Below are positions 53,133 to 64,000 of a DNA stretch of 64,000 bases, in pieces. Numbering within the stretch: the first letter of the stretch is position 1; the number at the start of each line of letters is the position of its first letter. The notes beneath the pieces are model-generated. The model searched no databases, had not been told where the DNA came from, and saw only the letters and a program-made list of their open reading frames with translations. Source of the stretch: Octopus sinensis (lineage: Eukaryota). The DNA lies in NCBI RefSeq assembly GCF_006345805.1, contig NC_043010.1:20584001-20648000 (forward strand), written 5' to 3'. Made by a program: the position numbers and the translations under genes.

Positions 53133-53396
53133 CAGGGCCGACATTAAGAAGTGCGGAACCTATTGAGAGAAATGTCAGTAGGGCCTTCTATTCTACAAAA
53201 GTTGAAGATTGATGCTTTATGTTTCCTGTACTATGCCAGTCCTAGCCAAAAAGCGCTGAGGGCTTGAGGTCCCACTATTAGCCACAGTGATATACTAAAA
53301 CTCCTCATAGCATCCTTCACTCGTGCGTGTGCACAGGGCCTTCTATTGGCGTGGGGTCAAATTTGAACAAATCTAATTGGCTTAAAACCGGCCCTG
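53133..53396. mobile_element. Probable hAT-type MITE
   Basis: Imperfect TIRs cagggccgacattaag / cttaaaaccggccctg; no clear TSD. Confidence 0.5.
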
Positions 53397-53941
53397 GATG
53401 TGAGTAATATCATATCATATACATTTATGTTCTTTTTCTTTACAATGGTGTACATACCGTATATACATGTTAGAGGTGATATACATATCGTAAACAACGG
53501 TTGTAGATGATGTACATACAGTATTCACATGTTCTAGGTGACATGCACGCCGTCTACATATTTATGTTGTATCTGATATTATGATATCTATTTGTGTTGT
53601 AAGTGATATACATACAGTATATATTCCTATATAAGGGTGTTTGTTATATTTTCGTTGCACCTTTTGGAGTACACATAAGTGACTTTTCGCGAATACATTG
53701 TTTCTAGGGTTCAGTCCCACTGCGTGGCACCTTGGGTAAGTTTCTTTTAATATAGCCTCGAGCCAACCAAAGCCTTGTGAGTGGATTTATTAGACAGAAA
53801 CTGAAAGAAGCCCGTCGTATGTCACCGTTTGCTTTTACTGTTTTGTTCTTACTGTCCTGTTTTTGTTACCATTTTAACCCTCCGCAAAAAATCCCAAATT
53901 TTATTGAAATTTGATTTGTGGAAGGACTGTTTTAACGAAGT

Positions 53942-54007
53942 CGCGTCTTGTCCCTACGTTCGAAACGCGGAGTAGATAAAACAGGGGACAACTGATGAAA
54001 GGAATGT
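53942..54007 (+). ncRNA. Non-circularly permuted hammerhead ribozyme candidate (within family 1 repeat 53822-54140)
   Basis: CGCGU-C / UUGUCCCU / ACGUUC-GAAA-CGCG / linker / GGGGACAA-CUGAUGA-aag-GAAUGU. Confidence 0.7.
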
Positions 54008-54699
54008 TCTTTATGTTGTCCGTCTCGTTTCTCTGTTTGTTTCTTTCGTTGTTCGAAAAAAAGTTCGTTTCCTATGTTTTTGTTTTTTATGTTCTCGTTT
54101 CTAATTTTGTCTACGTTTTTTTGATGTCCGCTACCCATATAGAGTGAGAGAGAGAGAGTGAGAGAGAGAGAGAGGGAGAGAGAGAATGGTAGTTATGGAA
54201 AATAGACTTTTGATAGATTAAAAAAGTAATGAAATGAAAGTCTGATTGTGAGGTAAAACAGCAACAGCTGTTTGTAAGAATTTACGGTCCAAATCAGTGG
54301 TGGGGTTAAGGCGTGTGTGTGTGTAAGCGCAGGTGTAGGGAAAGGCAGTTTTCGAAAATAGAAGTTAAAGGATTAAGAGAATAGCAGAAAATGGAGTTGC
54401 AGTGTATCTGTTGGTGAGATCAAAGAGGGTTGACTATCGATAGAATTTGAGAGCTGAGGTTGCAAAGTTCGAAATGTGTTCCGGAGAAAATGGTGTCGTT
54501 GGGTATTGAATATTTTTGGTTTAACACCCTCGAACCAATTAGTTCGAAAATTTCTTTAGACATATAGTCCATCACGTTAATTATGAAAAGCATTACTTTT
54601 GGGGGGTGACGGGGCGGAAAATTAATGATGTCACGTGTCTTTAAAGAGTGAATTTATTATTTATTTATTTATTTATTTATTTTACTTTCTGTTATTAGG

Positions 54700-55060
54700 C
54701 ATCGACGTAGCTGTGTGGTAAAAAGCTTGCTTCCCAACCACATGCTTCTGGGTTCAGTCCTACTGCGTGGCACCTTGATCAAATGTCTTCTACTATAGCC
54801 TGGGGGCCAACCGAAGCCTTGTGAGCGGATTTGGTGGACGGAAACTGAAAGAAGCCTGTGTGCGTCTTTGTGTCTGTGTTTGTCCCTCGTCATCACTTGA
54901 CAACCGGTATTGGTGTGTTTACGTCCCCGCAAAATTAGCGGTTCGGCAAAAGAGAACGATAAAATAAATATTTGGCTTAATAAATCAGTCATGGGGTCGA
55001 TTTGTTCGACTAAAACTCTTCAAGCGGGTGCTCCAGCATGATCGCATTGAAATAAAGGAA
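54700..55060 (+). mobile_element. SINE family A
   Basis: Co-linear with 62577-63053. Confidence 0.8.
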
Positions 55061-55326
55061 TAAAGGAATGGTAATTTGGAAAAGCATTACTTTTTGTTTT
55101 TTGGGAGAAATTAAAAATAACGATGTCACGTGCCTTTAAAGATTGATTTTTTTTTTTATTTCAGCCAATCAAAATCTACCATTTTCTACACGCTGGAAAC
55201 CGAACTGCCACCTATTCGTTTGAAATGAAAGAAATTTAAACCAACATAGAGAAGCAAGAAATTGAAAACCATCGCGAGGAACCGATTGGAGAATTTGAAT
55301 CGTGTGTGTGCGCGCGCGCGTTTGTG

Positions 55327-55387
<61 letters not shown>

Positions 55388-55782
55388 TGTTTTGTGTTTG
55401 AGAGATGTACCGTATATAACGTGTATAAGGACTTGTGTATAAAGAACTCTCGTGTATAAGGAACCTCCTAATTTTGGGGGTTTCAAATTTGGAAAAAAAG
55501 GTTTTGTAATGGATAATAACACTATCCATATTTTTTTAACCTAATTTTTAATAAAGACATTAAAATACGGTAATTATTTTTGTGGATGAAGAGAATATTT
55601 AAATCGTGGGATGCAAATTATTGGTGAGTTATTGTTAAGCATAAAACCAGGTTTCGAACCTAAGGACTGACAAGAATTGTGTACCAGACGATGGGTAGAG
55701 AAGTGGGGAGACAAATGTAACAAAATGTGGAGAGGAAATTTGAACATATTTTGATGTTTAGATCTGTGTAAGATGATGACGA

Positions 55783-55935
55783 GTTGGCGGAAACGTTAGC
55801 ACGCCGGGCGAAATGCTTAGCGGTATTTCGGCTGCCGCTACGTTCTGAGTTCAAGTTCCGCCGCGGTTGACTTTGCTTTACACCCTTTCGGGGTCGATAG
55901 AATAAGCACCAGTTGCGTACTGGGGGCGACGTGCT
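55783..55935 (+). mobile_element. SINE family B, 5' part
   Basis: gagttggcggaaacgttagcacgccgggcgaaatgcttagcgg head. Confidence 0.8.
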
Positions 55936-56169
55936 TTAGATATGTGTATAGGATGAGGAAGATTTGTGGGGGAGTTTATGATTATGTGTACTGGTATCAG
56001 GAGACACATGATTTTATTTCCTGTCCCAGAACGATTTCTAAACTGCCATTACTAGTTTCGAAATTCTTGATGTCAATATTTTTTTATGTCCATATTCCGC
56101 AGAACTTGGCAACAGCAATTTGAATTTCTATACTATGAATATTATTCTTTTCTACTCTAAGTACAAGGC

Positions 56170-56520
56170 CCGAAATTTTGGAGTACGCAACTGATACTTA
56201 ATTTATCGACCCTGAAAGGATGAAAAGCAAAGTCGACCCCAGCGGAACTTGGACTCAGAACGTAAAGAGAGACGAAATACCTATTTCTATTTCTTTACTA
56301 CCCACAAGGGACTAAACACAGAGAGGACAAACAAGGACAGACAAACGGATTAAGTCGATTACATGGAACCAGTACGTAACTGGTACTTAATTTATCGACC
56401 CCGAAAGGATGAAAGGCAAAGTCGACCTCGTCGGAACTTGAACTCACAACGTAACGGCAGACGAAATACCGCTAAGCATTTCGCCAGACGTGCTAACGTT
56501 TTGGCCAACTCGCCGCCTTA
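56170..56520 (-). mobile_element. SINE family B, one full copy plus a partial copy
   Basis: Reverse complement of 23803-24030; the middle module is duplicated at 56185-56280. Confidence 0.85.
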
Positions 56521-57212
56521 CAATGAGCAATATTATGACAAGTTTGGTGTTGGGTAAATCACTTCATCACTGCTTCCTCAAGATTGTTTGTTTTGCTATT
56601 CTAATACGCTTCTTTGCAGTAAAAGATGGCGATTTAGAACTTACATCATATTATTTCAAAGAAAATACAGTAAATTTATCCTCAGCTTTTCCTATATCAG
56701 AAACTGTGTTATTAATATCGTTCTCTTCATAGACTCTCACCACCGAATCACGAAAATTTAACTTCCTTATAAGTTAAAACTTAAAGTACATGGATAAGGT
56801 ACCCTACTCCTTTAAATTATTACTTTCCGTTAAAGAAATAGAAACTGAAATTTGCATATAATATTCCTTATATAAATAACAATACGCAATCTCTCAGGAT
56901 ACCGTAATAGCAACCACGGCGCTTGTTATATTAACTTTTTAATTTCTTAGGAGCTTTCGTCGTACCAAAGTATGAAGCGGTGAACAGCAGAAACCAGATT
57001 CTTCTGTTAGAGAAACCGTAGACCTCCAAGAATATAATATATTTGTGTTCCTCTTAACAATAACAATGGCCATTGCACTACATAGGAGTCAATGATTTCA
57101 AATTAGCGTTTTGCCCGTTTATGACAAGTGTGCATAAATATTTATATTACCATAGCTATTGTTGTTGTGGCTGTTGTAGTAATTATCCTCATTTATTATT
57201 ATTATTATTATA

Positions 57213-57247
<35 letters not shown>

Positions 57248-57528
57248 GATTATTATTATTATTACTGTTGTTGTTGTTGTTGTTGTTGTTAGTAATGGTT
57301 GTAGTTGTATGAAAAAAAATGATAAGATAAGCAAAACAATAAACAACCCCACCCTTCTCTCTGAAACGCTCGGACTGAGTTGTAATAATTGTGTTATGCG
57401 AGGGAAATGTTGATATTAGTTTTGTAATGGGAAGAATAAGTATTCATGTACTTATAAAACACACACATGCATATATATAATATATATATATATATATACA
57501 TGTACATATATATATACATGTACATATA

Positions 57529-57595
<67 letters not shown>

Positions 57596-57648
57596 CATAC
57601 TCACACTCATATATATATACACATATATACATACATATACATATATAT

Positions 57649-57697
<49 letters not shown>

Positions 57698-57727
57698 TGT
57701 ATGTATATATATGTATATATATATGTA

Positions 57728-57766
<39 letters not shown>

Positions 57767-58212
57767 ACACTCATGCACATATGTACAAATACAGAAAAGG
57801 AAAGAGAGAGAAAGGAAAATGGGTGAAGAAAAGAGAAAGAGAGAAGGATAGAGAGGGAGAAGGAGATGAGAAGATGAATTAAAGATGTTTGCTTGTAAGC
57901 ATCGTTTATTTGGGAAGAAAAGAAAGTAAGACGACCCGAAAATAGAATGGTATGTTGGTTTATTTGGCGAAACGATTCCCAATGTCTTTCACTTTCCTCT
58001 CCACTTCTTTCATGCTGTTTGCCATTCCCGCTAATAATCACTCCCCCCTCCCCGTTATTTTCTTTTGTCTCTCATTCGTCCATTACACCTAAATTTCGGT
58101 AATTAGCTTGCAACCGTTGGAGAGGGTTCCTATCTTGCAAAGTAAACCAAGAAACAAAGAATCTGATTTCAGAGCTCCACAGCGTATGTATGGCTGTCAG
58201 TGTGTGAAAAGG

Positions 58213-58520
58213 AGCGTGGCTTTGTGGTTAAGGTATTTGGCTTACGATCGTAAGGTGCTAAGTTCAATTGCCAGCCACGCGTTGTGTCCTTGAGTAAGAC
58301 ATTTTATTCTACTTTTCTGCAGTCCACTCAGCTGGCAAAAATGAGTAGTACCTGTATTTCAAAAGGAGCAGCCATGTCACATTCTGTATCATGCTGAATC
58401 TCCCCGGCAACTCGTGTCTGTGGTGTACTCAGCCACTTGCAAAATTACATTTCATGAGTAGGCTGTTCCGTTGAGCGAATCAACTGGAACACTCGTCGTC
58501 GCAACCGACGGATTGCCAGT
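58213..58520 (+). mobile_element. CORE-like SINE, family C
   Basis: gcgtggctttgtggtt...cttacgatcg...tgtccttgagtaagacattttatt...ccactcagctgg. Confidence 0.75.
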
Positions 58521-58811
58521 GAATGTGTGCGCGCGTACATGTGTGAGGTGTATGTGTACATGTGTGTGTGTATGTGTGTGTGCGTGTGAGGTGTGTGTGT
58601 GTACCTGTGTGTGTACCTGTGTGTGTGTATGCGTGTGTGTGTGTGTGCCTACATAGACATTGGCGTGGCTGTATGACAAGAAGTTTCCTTCCCAAACGTA
58701 TCGTACAGGTTTCAATTCCACTGCGTGGTAACTTCGGCAAAGACTTGTCACGGGATTTGGTAGACGGAAACTAAAAGAAGCCAGTGGTATACATACATAC
58801 ATCATACATAC

Positions 58812-58844
<33 letters not shown>

Positions 58845-58855
58845 ATTATATATAT

Positions 58856-58890
<35 letters not shown>

Positions 58891-59236
58891 GCTCTTTACT
58901 CTTTTTACTCTCTTACTTGTTTCAGTCATGTGGCTGTGCCCATGCTGGAGCACCGCCTTTAGTCGAGCAAATCGACTCCAGGACTTATTCTTTGTAAGCC
59001 TAGCACTTATTCTATCGGTCTCTTTTGCCGAACCGCTAAGTCTTTGGTCGGCCCGAGGCTATAGTGGAAGACACTCGCCCAAGGTCCCACGCATGTGGTT
59101 CGTACGCAAGTTACTTACCAGACAGCCACTCCTACGCCTATATATATATTATATATATATCGTATACACACACACACACACACACACGTAATTATGTATA
59201 GATATATTTATATATACACACAAATACTTAAGTATA

Positions 59237-59319
<83 letters not shown>

Positions 59320-59320
<1 letters not shown>

Positions 59321-59973
59321 TGTTGTTGTTGTGTTGGCATCCTTTTTGTCTCGGGAGACAATGGAGTTGCGCATAAAATAATCTAGTCCGTCTTTTACAT
59401 TTCATGTCCTAATACATCTCCTGCTGTGGCTGTGTAGTCCTATCCTGGACAAACACTCCCTCTGACAGGTGCCGCAAATGTAGCGAAGACTTTGCCTGGC
59501 TGGTTGTAATGTCATAGTTTCTTGTTGACGTCATCTCTTGTATTTCCATTTCTCCTCTCTCTCTCTGTCATTCCTTTGTGTTCCTCTTTTACGGTGCGTC
59601 GCCAATCTCCATGGTTGCTGACAACTGCTTCCCAGTTGCTAATATTGATGTCGGAGGCCTTAATGTCCCTTTTGCAAACATTCTTGTCACGGAAGGAAGT
59701 GAGACTTGGACGCCATACACACGCCAAGAGCGTCGCCTAAATATCTTTCATCTGCGCTGCCTCCGGAAAATCCTTGGCATCAAATGGCAGAATCATGTCC
59801 CCAACAAAGATGTCCTCAAGCAAGCAGGAATACCAAGCATGTTTGCACTCCTCACACAAAGACGTATGAGATGGCTTGGGCATGTTAGCCGTATGGAAGA
59901 TGGCAGAATCCCCAAGGACATACTCTACCGAGAGCTTGCTCGGGGCACTAGGTCTGTGGGAAGACCATTCTTA

Positions 59974-59978
<5 letters not shown>
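59320..59978. mobile_element. RTE LINE 3' end with inverted upstream segment
   Basis: 59320-59695 (minus): RDKNVCKRDIKASDINISNWE to a (CAA) tail. 59692-59978 (plus): GSETWTPY...GRPFLRY. Confidence 0.85.
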
Positions 59979-60013
<35 letters not shown>

Positions 60014-60037
60014 TATATAATTATATATATATATATA

Positions 60038-60104
<67 letters not shown>

Positions 60105-60106
<2 letters not shown>

Positions 60107-60280
60107 GGACATATGGCGTAGTGGTTATCATCTTGGGCTACTGACCCAAAGATTCCCAGTTCAATTCTAAGGTTAAGGGTTAGGGTGTATCTGTCCGAGC
60201 GTTTTAATGTCTTCTATAGCGTTTTTAAAACGGCGGTGCATCAGCATGGCCGCAGCTCTGAGCTGAAACTAGAAAAAAAA
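60105..60280 (+). mobile_element. tRNA-derived SINE sharing the family A 3' tail
   Basis: A box tggcgtagtgg, B box agttcaattc, tail ggcggtgcatcagcatggccgcag...gaaactagaaaaa. Confidence 0.6.
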
Positions 60281-60674
60281 TCGTAAAATATATTTGCCAA
60301 CTAAATGTGGCGGTGCCATACAGGGCGATGTTACTGTTGTTGTTAGCCCCAGGAAGACATCTCTTCCAGTTGGCTAACAACACTGTCTGTGTCCGATTAG
60401 TATTTGCAAAGGGAGGTCATCGCTTCCATCTCTAGCCTTACGTGATACACACAGACCCGGGTTTCTGAACAGTTACCCGTCTTCATTGTGTGATAGTCAC
60501 CAGTTAGTGATGAAAACTTATTCCATTCGCAAAATACTTTATGCTTTTTCCAGCGACAAACTGTCGCTCATCTAGAAAAAGGAGAAATAAGCTATATTAA
60601 ATCTCTGAGCGAGAGGTAAATAGTAACAGTATGGAATATAATATATACATATATATATATATATATATAATTAT

Positions 60675-60733
<59 letters not shown>

Positions 60734-60737
<4 letters not shown>

Positions 60738-61770
60738 CGAGACAAAACCACTATTTTAAAACCAAACAAGGAAAGACTTAATCAATACATAAAATTTTAA
60801 TATACACACTCTTTTTTATATATATATTAATATATATGAGTTTTCGTTTTTCATGGTCGTTTTATTAAAGTTTGTTTGTATCGGGACTTGTACGTATGTA
60901 TATGTATGTGTGAGTGTGTATATGGTTATGTTTGTGGGTGTGTGTATATATGTGTGTGTATTTGTGTGTATTGTGTTAGGGTTTGTATAGTTATATTTAT
61001 ACTTGAATGTATGGATTTCATTTCCATTCATTTTTTTTTAAATGTTGATATCCACGTGCTAAGAATTGTTCGGTTTTCTTTTGAGTGTTATGCATGTGTG
61101 AAAATGTGTGTGTGTGTGTGTGGTGTGTGTGATTGTTTGCGTAATTTATTTATCTGTATGGGTGTGGGTGTTTATATATTGGTATATATCGTGTTCTATA
61201 TGTATGTGTATGTATATGTATGTGGGAGCGGGTATATGTATATTGTTTATGAATTGAGTGTTGTATGTGTGTGTGAGGAAGTATGAATAAGTAATGTGTT
61301 GAGTGTATGAGCATGTATGTGTATATATAGTTTATCTTTTGTTTTTTGTTTTTTGTTTTTTGTTTTTTGTTTTTAGGTTTTGGTTTTGTTTTTTGCTTGT
61401 TGTTTTTTGGTTTTTGTACATTTTTAAATATGAGAAATTTTATAATAGGTTTTTATATTCAATTGTTTATAGGGTTTATTTTAGATTATTTTAGATTATA
61501 TATTGATTATATATAGATTATATATAGATTATATATAGATTATATTTTAATTTTTTTACATTATTTCATTGATAATTTTATTGTTTTATTATTTTAAATT
61601 ATTTTAAATTATATTTAAAATATTGCTATTCTTAGATCGAAAATCCACTGAAGATTGTCAGAGCAGACATGAAACATTTGTAGTGGCGGTTTATTTAATT
61701 TATATTAAAATTTTATGTATTGATTAAGTCTTTCCTTGTTTGGTTTTAAAATAGTGGTTTTGTCTTGAAT

Positions 61771-61771
<1 letters not shown>
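60734..61771. mobile_element. Non-autonomous PLE-like element with 71-bp inverted ends in (TA)n
   Basis: 60734-60804 vs 61701-61771, one mismatch; hammerhead-like motif at 61645-61686. Confidence 0.65.
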
Positions 61772-61824
<53 letters not shown>

Positions 61825-62024
61825 TTAAAGATTAATATGTATGTACGTTTCGCCTTCATACTGCACTGCTCTCTAGTGGGCATGGAACGATATAATAACA
61901 TGGGATGCACCAGATGCACAATGCATAAAATGCTTCACGAGTTCACAGTTTTATATTCGATTTCGCTTCACGCTATGTGGTGGTTGAGTACTGTTGCCCA
62001 CTGTGCCCCCCCATACGAAACAAC

Positions 62025-62575
62025 TCATTATGAAAGTAGAAGCACACCAGAGATCAATAACAAGAAAGATAGACAGCATGAGAGGCATTGACTATAGGGC
62101 TTGACTAAAACAAAAACTTAATCTCAACTCTCTCCAACGCCGACGGGAGCGCAACATCATTTGTGTGATGTGGAAAATATTCCATCAATATTGCACAAAT
62201 GATCTTGGCATCAGTTTTAAAATCCATCCAAGAATTGGCCCCCGTGCTATCCACCCATTACAAAAATCGAACTCGGTATACATAGCAACATTACGTTACA
62301 ATTCCTTTACCCTAACCAGTCCAGCTCTCTTTAATACCATAACAAAATGCGCCAAAGCGGAAACGGATCCCATAAAATTCAAATGTTCACTGGACAAATT
62401 TCTTCAAAAAATCCCGAACCAACCTCCTACACCCGGATATATCTCCAACAATAATAACTCTTTGTTAGAGTGGGCAACGGAGTCTCATATATGACTAAAA
62501 GAGATCATCAAGTGGTGCTATTGAGTTATAGACAAGGCCTGGGCCTACACTGGCTAAAACCTATCAAAGTTATAT
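62025..62575 (+). mobile_element. CR1/L2-type LINE 3' end
   Basis: KVEAHQRSITRKIDSM...SLQRRRER...MWKIFH...PALFN...FKCSLDKFLQKIPNQP...NSLLEW, then a short UTR. Confidence 0.8.
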
Positions 62576-62576
62576 A

Positions 62577-62766
62577 TATAGGAGTGGCGTAGGAGTGGCT
62601 GTGTGGCAAGTAGCTTGCTTACGAGCCACATGGTTCCGGGTTCAGTCACACTGCGTGGCACCATGGGCAAGTGCATTCTACTATAGCCTTGGGCCAATCA
62701 AAGCCTTGTGAGTGGATTTGGTAGACGGAAGCTGAAAGAAGCCCGTCGTATATATGTATATATGTA

Positions 62767-62832
<66 letters not shown>

Positions 62833-63053
62833 TATGTGTGTGTATATGTTTGTGTGTCTGTGTTTGTCCTCCCAACATCGCTTGACAACCGATGGTGGAG
62901 TGTTTACGTCCCCGTAACTTAGCGGTTCGGCAAAAGAGACCGATAGAATAAGTACTAAACTTACAAAGAATAAGTCCTGGGGTTGATTTGCTCGACTAAA
63001 GGAGGTGCTCTAGCACGGCCAGAGTCAAATGACTGAAACAAGTAAAAGAGTAA
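62577..63053 (+). mobile_element. SINE family A, full length
   Basis: ggcgtaggagtggctgtgtgg head, (TA)/(TG) core, tail gactgaaacaagtaaaagagta. Confidence 0.9.
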
Positions 63054-63932
63054 TCGTCTCTTTGTGTATTTCACGTTCTTGTCCCTTTTTATATATAATT
63101 TTTATACCTATATTATTGCGGCGTAACGTACACTTGTTCCCTTATGTATGCTTACATTCCACCCATTGTACGACTTCTACAAACTTTCTCTATACCTCAC
63201 TTTCTGTCTTTCTCTTTCTCGCCTCTGATTCTTTGGTCTCCCTCTTCCCCCACTCTCTCACGTTTCTCTGTCTTTCTCACTTTGCGCCATTGCTTCTGTT
63301 GCCAAGCCATCTTTGGCGCGCTCTGTCTCTTCCCCCAGCTTCCTTCCATCCTCTTTAAATCCTTCTTTCTCTCTCTCTCCCTACTCTCACGTGCCTGGTC
63401 AATCATTGGCGGGCTCTGTTTCTTCCACCCTCTTTAATTCCTTCTCTCTCTTTCTCTCTTTCTCTCTCTACCCTCATGGGACCTGCTGAATAACCAGCCA
63501 TTCCGCTGGTGACCGCTGCCGGTTCAACATTGTCTTCGTCCGCCGAAAAGGCATTTTTTCAAAACACACCTGCTAGATAAGTTAAATTTGTCTAAAGTCG
63601 TAAGACACCTGCTGTTGTCCTGTTATTACCATTCTTGCTTTTATTTTTGTTTTTGTTTTTTGTATTTATATTCGTGTGGCTTCGTCCGCTTTTCTGTCCT
63701 TGTTTCGTTTACATTCGATCCTTTTTCCAAGAAATCTAATGCACGCAACTTAGTTTTTCATTGGGGCTGGCCGTTTCGGAACAATATCAGGATTAATCAG
63801 CCGAAATTTGCTATGATGATCCGGTTCCTGACTGAAGATTAAAGGCTTCGAATGACCCGTTCGTTTTTTGTGTTCGTCTCTTTGTGTATTTCACGTTCTT
63901 GTCCCTTTTTATATATAATTTTTATACCTATA
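63054..63932 (+). mobile_element. Non-autonomous PLE-like element, family 2, with 59-bp direct terminal repeat
   Basis: 63054-63112 is identical to 63874-63932; CT-rich body; ends in (TA)n. Confidence 0.7.
63781..63847 (+). ncRNA. Non-circularly permuted hammerhead ribozyme candidate, family 2
   Basis: AAU-A / UCAGGA / uuaauc / AGCC-GAAA-UU / linker / UCCUGA-CUGAAGA-uuaaa-GGCU. Confidence 0.6.
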
Positions 63933-64000
63933 TATATATATATATATATATATAAAGCTGAAGTTGTCTGTGTATGGCAGGTTTGGTTGCCTTCAACTAA

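Noticed and set aside
54587-55148. ~65-bp diverged direct repeats flanking the SINE, as a giant TSD
   Set aside because: Too long and too diverged for a TSD; more likely an older tandem unit.
55410-55520. pogo/Tc2-like TIR fragment (also 45560-45630, and a mariner-like start at 43054)
   Set aside because: Only single ends are visible, with no partner TIR or TSD, so elements could not be delimited.
63945-64000. Helitron-like 5' start (tatataaagctgaagttg...)
   Set aside because: Cut by the window edge; only a short similarity to the ATAAAGCTGAA start of 21395-21762.

Overview
AT-rich, microsatellite-dense eukaryotic DNA. The SINE families and LINE relics look like an octopus (coleoid cephalopod) genome; this is recognised from memory, not from a search. 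I find no confident host gene, true tRNA, rRNA or CRISPR array. Most listed ORFs are translated microsatellites. Real coding signal comes only from degenerate transposons: an RTE LINE with a C-terminal C2H2 array (29846-32361), a GC-rich Penelope-like element (PLE, 35740-38030), Tx1/L1-, R4/Dong-, RTE- and CR1-type fragments, and a DD37D mariner. There are also hAT and mariner MITEs, short Helitron-like elements and at least three tRNA-derived SINE families. The most striking signal is a set of hammerhead-ribozyme (HHR) motifs in PLE-like terminal repeats. Besides ordinary type I forms, two unrelated repeat families carry all three HHR strands in a swapped, non-circularly permuted order: [III'-NUH-I]-[II'-GAAA-III]-[I'-CUGANGA-II]. 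In one family the two copies show compensatory base changes. All alignments, pairings and coordinates were derived by eye; boundaries of degenerate elements are approximate, and no ribozyme activity is demonstrated.
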